Assembly (NCBI RefSeq): GCF_037042905.1
Contig: NC_087263.1
Coordinates: forward strand, 8,372,001-8,436,000
Length of the DNA: 64,000 nt
Source of the DNA: Lytechinus pictus
Taxonomy: Eukaryota
Direction of reading: 5' to 3'
Shown here: positions 12,811-25,700 of the stretch, piece by piece
Layout of the letters: each line of letters opens with the position of its first letter
Numbering within the stretch: the first letter of the stretch is position 1
Program-made: the position numbers and the translations under genes
The notes under the pieces: generated by a model
Told to the model about the DNA's origin: nothing
The model's database searches: none
The model's input: the letters and a program-made list of their open reading frames with translations, nothing else

Positions 12811-13418
12811 GATATTATATGAAGAGGAATAAGAGTCACAAATATTATTATTTTTTTTCTTTAAATTAACTGAAAAATATTCAAGTTTGTATATCTATCA
12901 ATGAAATGTTAAAACCAATTTTTAAGATAGGAAAAAAAAACTGTTATATTTAATATAAATACTGGGATGAGTGAGGTAATCTAGGTTTTTTTTAGGAGGG
13001 AGTGATAAATTTTGTGAAAACAATTTTGAATCTTCTTCAATTTTAGTTTTAAAATCACAGAAGTGATGGGAGAGGCCTCAAAATAGGCCTATTCGTAATT
13101 TGCATTTGTTTTTTTTTTAGGATATGAAGAAAAGTCTTTCTTCTTTGGGTTTCATGGTAGGGACAGTCTATGGGCATGTGTTTGAGTATGTTTGCAGAAG
13201 TGTATGTGCTGTGTTTGTTGGGGTGAAGTGGAATGATATGTTGTGTGTTGTGTTTTCCAGTTCTGGTGTCTATCTGTATTTATCTTATCCCCATTTTAGT
13301 TTAACAGGTTATTTTGTCATGTTAAAAAAATCAAGCTACCAATTTGCAGTAATATCATTATCATTCATATTCTTATTCCAAAGTTTTTGTCAGAGGTTTA
13401 GACTTTTTGTGTTAATTG

Positions 13419-16400
13419 ATGTCGGGTAATTTAAAACTACTTTCGGTCAATGTCAGAGGGCTGAGAGATCAAATCAAAAGGAATAAGATATTTCAGTGGT
13501 GTCAGATGATGGGGGATATAATATTTCTGCAGGAAACTTTTAGCACAAAAGACACTGAAGGTAGATGGAAGGCTGATTGGAAGGGGGAAATGTTTTTCAG
13601 TCATGGGAGTAACCACAGTAGGGGAGTTATCATTATGTTTAAATCAAAGGTTGATTTTCTCAAAGAAAAAATTATCATTGATAAAGAAGGACGATACGTT
13701 ATAATTAAAGGGAAGTGTCAAGGTGAAAAGATTATATTGGGTAGTGTATATTTCCCCACAGGGAATAAAGAAAACTTACAATGCAATTTTCTGTCTGATT
13801 TGGACAAAATTTTATCTTCTGTTGTTAGTCAAGAATATTCTCTTATTGTTGGAGGAGATTTTAATATTGCTATGAATCGAAACTTAGATTACATGGGTGG
13901 AAGTAATATTTCGAAAAATAGATATAAAGATTCATTGGTGGATTTTCTTGATAGGCTAAGTCTAATTGATGTGTGGCGGAAGCGGCACCCTAACAAAAAA
14001 GAATTTACCTTCAAACAAAATAATCCTTTTGTTCAGAGCAGATTAGATTATATTTTTATCTCCTCGAATTTAGAAAAAGACGTGAAAAGTTCAGACAGTT
14101 TACCCTCTATCACTCCTGACCATGCTGGAGTTCAGGTAGAGTTTGATAATTTAGTCGAAAGCTTTGCATATGGGAGATCGTACTGGAAGTTTAACAGCAG
14201 TTTATGCGCTGATAAAGATTTTGTAGACGGGGTAAAGATGAAGATTTCTGAAATAGAAAGAATATGGCGGGACCAAATAACAAGCAAGATTAAATTTTGG
14301 GATTTTATGAAAATGAAGTTAAGAGAATATATAATGGCATTTTCCCGTGAAAGAGCAAAACTCAGAAAAAATCACATTGAAAAATTACAAAAAGAAATTA
14401 AAGATTTAGAATATCGCTTGACGATCACTTTTCATATTGACATCCAAAACGAAATTGAATTAAAAAAAGAGGAACTAGATAAACTTTTCGACTATTCTCG
14501 TCAAGGTCTAAAGGTCCGTTCAAGAGCCCAATGGTCTGAAGAAGGAGAAAGAAATTCACAATTCTTTGAACAATTACTTAAATCCAATAAAAGGAGAAGC
14601 GCGATTAAGGAGATTTATAATGAAAATCAGGAAACGGTGCGAGATTGCAAAGGTATTATAGAAATCATTCGGGAGTTTTATAAAAATTTATATTCATGTA
14701 AAAATCTTGAAACTAGTGATGATATTGAAAATATGTTTTTTAATGATTTACCCAAATTGAGTAAAGAAAATATAGAGTTTTGTGAATATCCAATAACACA
14801 TGAAGAATGTTTTCAGGCTTTAAAGGAAATGAAATGGAATAAATCTCCTGGCAATGATGGTTTCACCGCAGAGTTCTACTTTACATTTTGGCCACTTTTA
14901 GGAAAAATCATAGTTGAAGCTTTCAATGAGAGTTTTGAAGTTAAAATGTTGTCAAATTCTCAGAGACAGGGGGTAATTACTCTAATTGAAAAAGAAGGCA
15001 AAAATCCTTTGCACATGAAAAACTACAGGCCGATAACTCTTTTGAATGTAGATTATAAAATTTTGTCAAAAGTGTTAGCGACAAGGGTGAAAGAGGTCTT
15101 AGGAGATATTATTCATTGTGATCAAGTGGGTTATGTCAAAGATCGTAATATTGGGGAAGCAGTTCGGTTAATTGATGATATGTTTTTTCAGTCTTTGTAT
15201 CAACCCTTAGGTTTTTTAATTGCAGTGGATTTTGAAAAGGCATTCGATTGTATATCTCATAAACTTGTATTCAAAACTTTGGAACATTTTGGGTTTGGGA
15301 AAAATCTGTGTTCTTGGGTCAAAACTCTTTATAATAATGTTAGTAGTTGCGTGTTGAACGGGGGGCATTCTACGGGATATTTTGAAGTTAATAGAGGAGT
15401 AAGGCAGGGGGATCCACTCTCTCCATATTTATTTATTATAGCGATTGAATTATTAGCTCATTATATTAGGAGAGATGTTAATATTAAAGGGATAGAATTT
15501 GGGAAACGGGAAATAAAACAAGTGCTGTATGCAGATGACATTACTTTGTTTTTAAAAGATATGAATTCGATCCATAGAGTAAAGAAAATTTTCTCAGATT
15601 TTGAAAATTTAAGTGGATTGAAGATTAATATGGATAAAACAAACTTTTTATGGTTGGGAGAAGAAAGAGATAGACCTGGTTTACCACTTCTTGGACATTG
15701 ATTACAACATATTAAAATCTTAGGGGTATATTTCGCACGAGATTGTAAAGTCAAAGATGATTTGAACTATAAGGAAATCTTGAGTAAAATTAAAAGACTT
15801 ATTGGTTGGTGGAAACAAAGAGATCTTACAATGTATGGTAAAATAAAACTTTTGAAAATGTATGCTTTTTCAAAATTAAATTATGTTTCTTCCCTCATGA
15901 CAGTCCCAAAAGACGTTTTTAAGGAAATAGAAAAAATTTCTTTCAATTTTATTTGGGGAGGAAGAGATAGAATAAAACGCAAGGTTCTATATCAAGACTA
16001 TTCTGTTGGAGGACTGAGAGCTCCAAATTTTGAGGTCTTTGTTAAGACCCAACGAATAATGTGGATTAAACGTTTACTAGATGGAGGGAAAAGTTCGGGT
16101 TGGAAAGCAACCTTCGAATATTTTTTTAGCTCCTTAGGCGGTCGAATCATATTTTTGTGTGATTATGATACTATTAGAATGAATTTGAAAGGTATACCAT
16201 TATTTTACATAGATATGCTGAAGGCATGGCACGAATTGGATAAGTGTAGACATTTTGGAGGGAAAAGTAATCCCATTATTTTTAATAACAAGCGTATATT
16301 CCTCAATAATAAGACCTTTTTTGATATTGAATTATTTCAGAAAGGTATAGTTAAGGTCTCGGATATAATAGTTGGAGGTCAATTAAGACCAGTTTCATAC

Positions 16401-17165
16401 TGGTATAATCAAACATTTTCATCTGAAAACTTGCTCAAAATTCAAAAGATATTTTCAGTAATAACAGAAGAGTGGATACAAGGTGATTTTATGGAAATGG
16501 ACACAGATAACTTTGAAATTCAATTGATGATACGTGGGCATGTTCAGAAACTATGTGATATAAAATCTAGACGAATATATGACTACTTCATTGAAAATTT
16601 TCAAATTGATTATGTATTTCATGTTACAGATGGGCAATCCGAATATGATTTGGGAATGGGGGAACTGAAAGAAGTATTTCTGAGACTGAAATGTGCAATG
16701 CTATGCAATAAACACAGAGAATTTCAGTACAAACAATTACAAGGGGCTGTGTACACGAAAAGGGAACTTTTTAAATTTGGTTTTGAGACAGATAATTTGT
16801 GCTCCTTTTGTAAAAAAGAAGTTGAGTCTTACCAACATTTATTTTTTTATTGTCCTGAAGTTAAGCGATTATGGGAAGAGATGAGTAAAATATTTCAACT
16901 GAATGAACTTGGCAGTGACAATTGGAAAACAATTTTCATGGGGATATCTGGAAATACTACAAGAGTAACTTTAATAAACTGTATTGTATTCTTAATCAAG
17001 TATATTATTTTTAGTTCAAGAAAACATGGAATATTGCCAACCGTACAGAAAGTGGCACATTTGGTTAAAGAGTATAGAGATACGGAATATCAAATAGCGT
17101 TTAAAAAGGGGAAGCTGGGGGTGCACTTAAGAAAATGGGAACAAATCAATGCACACCTTTCTTAA
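13419..17165 (+). pseudogene. L1/Tx1 ORF2 (AP endonuclease + RT + C-terminal CCHC zinc knuckle) with a single in-frame TGA at 15699-15701
   Basis: SVNVRGL, FLQET, GGDFN, SRLDY, DH; KSPGNDG, YRPITLLN, DFEKAFD, VRQGDPLSP, YADD; CSFC...HLFFYC; the downstream ORF 15762-17165 is in the same frame. Confidence 0.95.
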
Positions 17166-17928
17166 TACTAATGGATGTATTGGTTGCTTCATTTTGTTTC
17201 TGTTTTGTTTTGTTTTGTTTATTTGTTCAAATACAAATAGTTACACCAGAGCAGGATGCATCGTGTGTGGGTGTACGTGTGTAGATGGATGTGTGAGTTC
17301 TGTGATGGGGAAGAGGGGGGGGGGAGCTGTGGGTGGTTGTGAGTTTGAAGTGAGCTTGTGTGAGTGTCTGGGGAGAGAGATGAGGGGGGAGGAGGGGATA
17401 TGGGGGTAAGGTGAGTGTGTAGTGACGTTTTTTTTAGGATAATAATCTTCCTCTAATTAACCTTTGAAATCTTTTATCCCTTTTTTTAAAATCTATTTCT
17501 TGTACAATTAATATGTTCAAAAGAGATTTATTTTCTATTCAGGGAAAAAGTCATCTTTTGCAAAGTATTTTTTTTTTTGGCGATTGAGATGGGTTTTTTT
17601 TTTTCTCTGCTTTCACAATGTTATAGAAGAAAAACTTGGCAGTTTTAATTTTATTTGTAATTTGTAATCATTTCAAAATATTTGTAATCTCATTGATATT
17701 GATATATTTATTTGTTTGATTGTTTATTGATTGTACATTGTATACATGCAAAGAATCTATGAATTGTGATTGTAAACTTGATTTGAAAGAGGAAGAAAAT
17801 AAAATATTATTCAAAACAAAAAAAAAATACATAGTTAATTCCTTGAGTGCGTCCGGTAATTCGTGGCGTTGACGAAATTCGGCAGAAATGGCAATGTGGA
17901 GCCTTGATGGACTAAGGACAGCTTTGAT

Positions 17929-18208
17929 TTTTAACAGAAGAGGTTATCTCAGGTGCGATGATGCGATGAGTCGAGGTGAGAACATTGGATTCCGGATCAC
18001 CAAGATAAAAGATACGAAGACAAAAAGAAGGCGTATAATCATACAAAAGCGGATATTGGGTGTTGACGAAGTTGAGCAGAAGATGTAAAGTAGCTCCAAT
18101 TTTCACAAAAGAGATTATCTTAGGTGCGATGACGCGTTCAGTCGTTGAGCCAAGGTGAGAAACACTGAATCCAGTTAAGATAAAAGGCACAAAAGAAGGC
18201 GTATAATC
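17929..18208. repeat. Diverged tandem duplication (~170 bp period) in the CR1/L2 inter-ORF spacer
   Basis: TTATCT(C/T)AGGTGCGATGA...AGGTGAGAA...AAGATAAAAG...AAAAGAAGGCGTATAATC occurs twice. Confidence 0.7.
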
Positions 18209-18293
18209 GCAATACCGTAGCGGACAATTCAGGGGATAACGAGTTCGAAGACGAGAGGGGTATAGACTCTGTAATCCCTTTCCCGAGAATATA

Positions 18294-19609
18294 TTATGAT
18301 GTATTCAGTTTGCACAGATCACATTCCTTTGTGATTGAGACTCGTTTTTTCGTGCGTTTTATAACGCACAGAATTCGGCCATCTTGGGTCCATAGGGCAT
18401 CAAGTTCATTTCTGAAACTAGTTTTGACTTTCCAGAAAAGTTCAGATCTTGTTTTGGTGAGGCTCTCATGAACAAATATAGCGTTGTCTTTTGAACCCCT
18501 CAATCTCTTTCGATTTCTGTAGATTTTGTCCCGTGTGTCATAACTGGTGAATTTCACAATTATTCCTCTACTTTTACTTTCCTTTCTGGGCCCTAATCTA
18601 TGACTTCTGTCAATGTCCTTTGCATCTAGTTTTACATTCATCCTTTGATCACATAAAGCGATAATAGTTTCATTGGTGTTTTCACTCTCAGATTCGTTAA
18701 TACCATGAAATATTAGACAGTTTCTTCGTGTATACTGTTCTGAATCATCGTGTTTCTCGAGCAAAGTTTGGATGTGAGTCTTAAAGGAGAATGAAACTCT
18801 TGGAGCAAGTTAGCTTTTGTGAAAGCAGAAAAATTAAAGAATAAGATCAACAAAACTTTGAGTAAAATAGGACTAGCAATAAAAGAGTTATGAGCATTTG
18901 AATGTCGAGATCACTAATGCTATGGAGATCCTCCCATTGGCAATGCGACCAAGATCTGTGATGTCACACACGTACAACTCTCCCATTTGGACACTGAAAA
19001 TATACCCCAAAACATCTCTTTTTGCTTATTCTAATCATATGACAAACGATTCATCAATGGTATAATGTTGTGAAACCTCTGTACTTGTAATCTCATAAAG
19101 AGAACACCTCACCTTGTGATAGACTCTATAAAAGTGAGAATATAAGTGAAATAAGTACTAGAGTAATGAGGGAGTTGTACGTGTGTGATATCACAGATCT
19201 TGGTCGCATTGCCGATGGGAGGATCTTCATGGCACTAGTGATCTCAATATTTAAATGCTCATAACTTTCTTATTATTCATTCAATCTTCCTCAAACTTTC
19301 AACAATATGTTTCTTTGATTTTTCTCTTTGATATGGATTCAGCTGGTTTCAAGGGTTTCATTCTCCTTTAAGGGAAGCAATTTCATCGTCTCTCGATTTT
19401 AGTTCAAACTCCATAAATTCACGTACATTTTCTGTCACGTTCTTGGTAATGACGGTTGTGATTTCGTTAACAAGAGTCTTTTTAAGAGCACTTACCAATT
19501 TGTTAAGCATGTCGTCACTCTCTAACACTTTATTTAGTTCGGCTCGTATAGTGTTGGTTAGCTCTTCGGCTTGTTGTTTCGAATTGCGTGTATTCGGTGG
19601 TGGAGCCAT
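18294..19609 (-). pseudogene. ORF1 of the CR1/L2-group LINE, split by a MITE
   Basis: Removing 18785-19371 restores ...EIASL-KTHIQTLLEKHDDSEQYTRRNCLIFHGI...DRSHRLG...IIVKF...ESLT in one frame. Confidence 0.88.
18785..19367. mobile_element. Non-autonomous DNA transposon with TTAA TSD (Kolobok-like)
   Basis: TTAA at 18781-18784 and 19368-19371; TIR AGGAGAATGAAAC...GTTTCATTCTCCT; long internal palindrome; purine-starting termini argue against piggyBac. Confidence 0.85.
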
Positions 19610-20056
19610 GATGAGCTTAAAGATCACAACAAATCCTCTTCCAACGGTTTATTTACTCCAAAAGTATGGCACAAAACATAAGAAATCACACCCTTAAGAG
19701 ATCCAAGCAGTATATCGAGAACATGAAAGTTAATTGTGCTGACTATACATGACCAGGATGTCGGTCGGGAGACACTCAGAAAACACGTCCGCTCATGACG
19801 ATGACGATTAGAACTTAAGTTTCCCCATCATAGCTTTGAAGATTGTTTGGTTTTCCAGGAACTTGTCAGCCTTTAGAATATCTACTTCCCTCTCGGACTG
19901 AAAATGTCGCTGGAGTCTATATCTGATTGAAATCATGGATTTTCGTGTATACAATGTACCATCAGCTCGCTTCAGTCCAGCGTAAACCGACTGAGGAATT
20001 GTTTTGGGCCTGGAACCCCTAGCTCCTCAATCGACGTCGATGTACACTTCGGAAAG

Positions 20057-20345
20057 GCTTATAATAATTAGTCGGGTCGCGTGCGTGTGCGAAATCACTC
20101 GGGTTTGGGATTTCGATGCGAAATTTTTTCTAACAGTGTCTTCAATGGGACAAAAACGCTGGGAAAATAGAATGAAATTGAAATTCGACTTTCGTTTTAA
20201 GCTGGCAAGTGCCTTAAATAAAATGTACTGGACTACTGTTTTAACATAACAAACAAGCGAATTTTGACTACTCTTAACATAATAGCATTCCACATATTTG
20301 ACCTGATTTCTGTTGAATGTGGTGTACATCTTACATCGGTATCTC
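20057..20345 (+). repeat. Dispersed repeat fragment; inverted copy at ~46320-46610
   Basis: AGTCGGGTCGCGTGCGTGTGCGAAATCACTCGGGTTT... matches the reverse complement of 46320-46610. Confidence 0.75.
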
Positions 20346-20369
20346 CCATTTACTTCAACATGTGACAGC

Positions 20370-20678
20370 GAGGGAATTCGTGCAATACATTTGTGTTCGA
20401 AATCAAATTGAATTCTTGCAATACATTGACGCTCGGTACTAGAGAGGGAATTCGTGCATTACATTTGCGTTAAAAATCACAATGATTTCTTGCAATACAT
20501 TAACCCACGAAATCAGAAATGAATTCTTAATATCAAGAAATTGATTCTTGATACTAAAAAAGATTTTATGTGGTTAATAAATGGAAATTCTTGATATCAA
20601 GAATTGAATTCTTGATATCAAGAAATTTAATTCTTGATATTAGAAAATGGAAATAAATTTTTAAACGGCTTGCCATAC
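20370..20678. repeat. Short tandem duplication followed by an AATTCTTGATATCAAG minisatellite (MITE remnant)
   Basis: GAGGGAATTCGTGCA..ACATTTG twice; several TTCTTGATATCAAG units. Confidence 0.55.
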
Positions 20679-21999
20679 AATCGTGGCAATATATACCAGA
20701 TTACGTTATTGCAAAAATAGGGCGATTAAGCAATCAGAAGCCTTCTCATACAATCCATCTTATATAGATATTACATTTTAATTCTCCTTTAGAATGAGTT
20801 CAATATTGGACTTTCATTATTTTTTATGTAAAAACCTCGCCCGATGTTTCACGACTTTTTAAAACAAAAATAAATAATTGCTTTACATTGAGTATTATTA
20901 CAACAAAAATTAGGCGCATTAGTTTTCTTTCTTCCATGGAAGATAGTCGGCGCGAATATTTTTATTATAAACGATAACATATTTATTCTCTCTAGCGCAT
21001 CCTTGAATGACAGATAATGAAAATATTGACTTAGTTGCCAATATGGTTTATCCCTTGATTGCCATATGTGGAATTATGGAAAACTTGTATAAACACGGTT
21101 GGTAATTAACGTCCAAGTATTGTGTAAACATCGCGTTCGATTTTGTTTCACTTCTTATTGATAATTCATATCCATTATGTAGCCGCGTAATACAAAATTT
21201 CATTCGAAAAAATAAAATATCAAATTCTTGCATGAAACGTGAAAAAAACTTACACATGGACTTTTATACCTATATGTGCTTAGTGTCAATCAAAGAGGAA
21301 TATACAGTATATAGACCAGTTCGAACTATAACACATTCAAGACAGTGTGCTGATTAAAGGCTAAAATAATTTTGAAGAGATAAAGTGAAATCCGACAAGC
21401 ATATTGTAGTGAAATTTCATTAAAATCAGAAAAGAAATATATCTACGTTATGACATCTTTAAGTTTTGCTTTATTTTAGAGAAGCATTTTTTCCTTGCAT
21501 GTGTTCATGAATAATAATCAACAAAAAATGTTGTCGTACCTATTATACACTCTCAAGCATAAACACATGTTAACATAGTCATACATAGATAGTAACGTAC
21601 TGAATTTTGTTTTCCCTAAATATATTCCCTGCACATTAATACAAAGTTTGGTGCCCCTCCCGGGATGTGGGGGGGGGGGCAGCCGAATCTACTCTTTAAT
21701 CAGAAATTATTCGCAGACGAAAACGAAACAAATAAATAATCAAATGGAGTGTTTTTAACCAACTGACCTTGGGGGGAATTTGCGTATTCTTTTATTTTGC
21801 AGTATGACTAATTTTTATCAACACAACCACCGGGAAATAATCCCGGATCTGTTTATTTCCTACACTCTAAAACATAAAGGGATTAACACCAAAGAAGCTT
21901 GTATTACAGTGACTGCACTTTAGAGTACTGATTTTCTTATTCATTTTTTGAGTAAAGAATCAGCACTCTGAAGTGCAGTCACTATACAAGCTCCTTAAA

Positions 22000-22746
22000 G
22001 GTCAAGTCCACCCCAGAAAAAGTTTGATCTGAATAAATAGAGAAAAATCCAACTAGCCGCAAATGCTGAAAAGTTCATCAAAATCAGATGTAAAATAAGA
22101 AAGTTATGGCATTTTAAAGTTTCACTTATTTTTCACAAAACAGTGATATGCACAACTCAGTGACATGCAAATGAGACAGTCGGTGATGTCCCTCACTCAC
22201 TATTTATTTTGTTTTTTATTGTTTGAATTATACAATATTTCATTTTTTACAGATTTGACAATATGGACCAACTTTACTGAATCATATACTGAATCATATA
22301 GTATTAAACAATGCTAATTCCCCATGGAAGAACAGCGGTATTTTATTAATACCGCTGAAATGGGCCATCCTCCATATGATCTGTATGTTATGTTAAATTG
22401 AGCATGTATATATTTTATCTTTTTATGGAAATAAATACAAACAAACAAACAAACACATGTTCGGAAGGACTTAATCGTTGTGTCACTTGACAATGAGGAG
22501 AAAATTAGAATATTTCATAATTCATATAATGAAATACAAAAGAAATAGTAAGTGGATGATGTCATCAGTCTCCTCATTTGCATACTGACCAGGATGTGCA
22601 TTAACTATTTTGTGAAATTAAGCGAAACTTTGAAATGTCATAACTTTCTTATTTTACATCCGATTTTGATGAAATTTTCAGTGTTATGCTTGTTGGATTT
22701 TTCTCTTTTTATTCAAATCAACTTTTTGTTGGGGTGGACCTGTCCT
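22000..22746. mobile_element. Degenerate TTAA-type (Kolobok-like) MITE containing a LINE 3' fragment
   Basis: TTAA-AGGTCAAGTCCACCCCA ... TGGGGTGGACCTGTCCT-GTAA; internal palindromic TTCATCAAAATC(A/G)GATGTAAAATAAGAAAGTTATG. Confidence 0.75.
22321..22454 (+). mobile_element. Severely 5'-truncated CR1/L2-group LINE 3' end
   Basis: CCCATGGAAGAACAGCGGTATT-AATACCGCTGAAATGGG stem-loop resembling the 3' UTR at 3430-3485; AATAAA and (CAAA)n tail. Confidence 0.65.
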
Positions 22747-25700
22747 GTAAGCATGTTAAGTGCTAAATTACCACTTCCTTCTTTATTTGTGATGCAATTG
22801 AAAAATAGTCTATTGGAAAACATCTAGTTTCTATTAAAACACGCTTTACATTAAATGATTTCTTTATTTGTGTAAATCTGATTTCATTTATTTCTATTTC
22901 GGAAAAAATGAATAGATAGTCAGCATAGTAAGAAATGGTATTCAATCAATTAATCAAAACTTTGTTTCACGATATAAACTTTCTGATATTTTCGAACAGT
23001 GCCAGTTAGGTTAGGCATTTTCATACATGATGTGATTGATAATCGCTTGCCTTGTATATACAATTTTGATCATTTATTATTTCAATGACCATCGCAAAAT
23101 ACCAGAACCAAAGATACACTAATTGCACGCTCAAGCAAACCGGTGCGGTAGAAGTCTTGGGAGAACATAAGACTAATGTGAGGAAACTGTCAATTTATTT
23201 TCTGGTCTTGTAGTCACGTGATATGATAATGACAAGATTTATCACCATTTTTTAAAGGGGCAACATTCTTTTTTGTAAGGGAAAGTATTTTAGAGATTTT
23301 TTTAAAGATGTTTTTATTGTAATCTCTCAAATCAAATTACACTTTCACCTTTCATTCAAAAGTTGTACAAATTATTTGAAACATGATAAGAAATTATACA
23401 ATAAGTTCATATCCCATATAAGTATACAAATTATACATCAAACTTCAGAGATACCGGAAATTAATACTGATGTTTCAACAATTATAAAATGAAATTTTAA
23501 CAATATGTTTTAATTGACATGAGAGAAAAAAGACAAAAAAATTATGTTCAGCCCCCCCCCCCTCCCCAGGCATAGAGCACCCTCCCCGTTATGCCTGTTC
23601 TACATTGAAGTGACTCAAATTCCCCGTATTATATTTGTCTGCAAAAAAAAAAAGAACGAATATGTGTTTTTGTTTTTGTTTTGCGGTTTTGTATTTCGCT
23701 GTATTTAGTCCTCTGACTCTCTCTATATATTTCTTTAATTTAGATTTTCCAATTTCCTTAAATGTAAAGACATGTTGCCTTTATCTAACGCCAGCATTTT
23801 TCTTCCCATTCTTCATCTTTAAATTTCTTTTTAATTTAATCAATGGTTGTGAGTGCTCCCTTTTCCCTCCCTTTGAAGATTAAATTTTTTACAAAGATTA
23901 CAAAATGATTGACTAAACGTTCCTTTCCTTTCCTTCATCCTTTCATTCTACACCTACAAGAATCCCCCTGCTTAAATTACCCATATTTATGAAACAAAAC
24001 ATCTCCTCACGTTATTATTGCAAAACAAACACCTCTTTACATTATTATTCCAAACTAAACATCTCCTTACATTATAATGCCAAACCAAACAAGCATATTT
24101 ACATTCCAAAAATAGATGACGATAAGCTTCCTCCTCTTTTGTACAATATCAACAAGGATTTTTTGGTATTAAGAAGTTTGTATTTGTCAACAACTTCAAT
24201 TCATACATGTCATATACAAAATAAAATACATGCATTAAATAAAATATATCTTTACACATATATGAATACATTGAAAACTCATATAATTAACACTTTACAT
24301 TTTCTTTTTTTTTCCTTTAGTGTTACAATAGAACCTAATAAAACTCAACGCATTCAATGTTTTTTTCTAGTGTCAAATATTCACAACATAACAAATTAAC
24401 ATAACACTTTCACAAATAGTGCTGATACAAAATATCGATGTTCTTGTATTATTAATTCGAAATAACGTTTACTTGCGCATTCACTACTCTTCCTAAATTA
24501 TCATGGCATTTTTTTAATGAATTTCCAAAAAAAAAGAATCATCCAACATTCAAAACATTCCGGGCGCATGATTGACTTGGCTTATTGTTCTGCAAAGTAA
24601 ATGTGTAATTTCAAAACGACATTCATAAGACTGCATGAATATTGATAGACTTTATATCACCCTTTACTCTCCATTCACATATTGTAAAAACGCTGTGTAA
24701 ATTTTAAGCACGTTGTTTAATCCCGTCACTCTAACAAAAATTTAAAACTTTTAAACAATTGTTTAAACTTTTATATGAGCTTTATGAACTTTAATTAGAC
24801 AACTTGTTTTATAATTTAAACAAGTTCTATAAACCGTAAACAACTTTTATAAACCTTAAAGAACTTCCTTAAAACTTTGTACAACTTGTTACAAACTTTC
24901 TACACGTTTTTTTAAACTAAAAACGTTTGTACATTGTATGGATTCTGATGACTCGCCACTACACTGCTTCCAGTTTTGTAATTGCTTTAAACAACTCACT
25001 GCAAAAGCACCGTTGCGGGAAACACCATTTTTAATCGATTTTTTTTATTCAAATTTATTTATTTCATATCATTTATTTTTTTAACATACAAATTAAAAAT
25101 GCAATCATTTAAGTGTTTAAGTACACCAGTTTGGTTTTTAACACCAGATGGACACTCAAACAACATCTGCTATATGCATGTGTAGTGTCAAAACAACATC
25201 GGTGTGATTTTACTGGTTTTAATTGTTCTAACACTACGGGTTTTTTTTCGATATAGATACCAGGTTGTTATCATATTAACAACGACAATTGCTAGCTGAT
25301 TAAGTCATAGTGTGTATATGTTATAGCATATTAGATAGGGATTAATTTCCCACCTTTTTTTTATTCAATTCATGTACAGTTTATTTCATTTTCAACGAAA
25401 CAAAGTAAAGTGGTCGAAATAATTACAATGAACTTAGACAGACAATATAAATTAAGGCATGTAAAATTATGATGTCATTGTTATAGTTTGTTATGGTTAT
25501 ATCTTTTTTAATTATTCCCATTAATTTTTATTCACTTTAGCATTTTACATTTGCATCATAGAATATCTCAAGGACTACCCGGAACACTAAATTGTCAGTA
25601 ATTAAGAAAATCACAACTTCATTGAATTGTTTTCATTATTTGATCCTGGCCTTCGTTGTCCCATATATACATTTGCATGTTGCACAAAAAAGGCGAACGT

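Larger units (their letters stand above)
7742..17826 (+). mobile_element. L1/Tx1-clade non-LTR retrotransposon, apparently full length (~10.1 kb)
   Basis: ORF1, long spacer, APE-RT-CCHC ORF2, 3' UTR, AATAAA and A-rich tail ending ~17826; ATACAT follows the tail (17827-17832) and also occurs at 7736-7741, 7727-7732 and 7640-7645 (candidate TSD, so the 5' end is ambiguous). Confidence 0.88.
3366..19817 (-). mobile_element. Full-length CR1/L2-group (Crack/Daphne-like) non-LTR retrotransposon, interrupted by an L1/Tx1 element and a MITE
   Basis: Minus strand in order: 5' GGACGTG motif (~19790), ORF1, spacer, PHD-APE-RT ORF2, 3' stem-loop GGACCCCATGGAAGAACAG...AATGGGCTATCC, AATAAA and (TACTA)5 tail at 3366-3390. 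Linking ORF1 and ORF2 into one element is inferred from order and strand; 5' boundary approximate. Confidence 0.75.
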
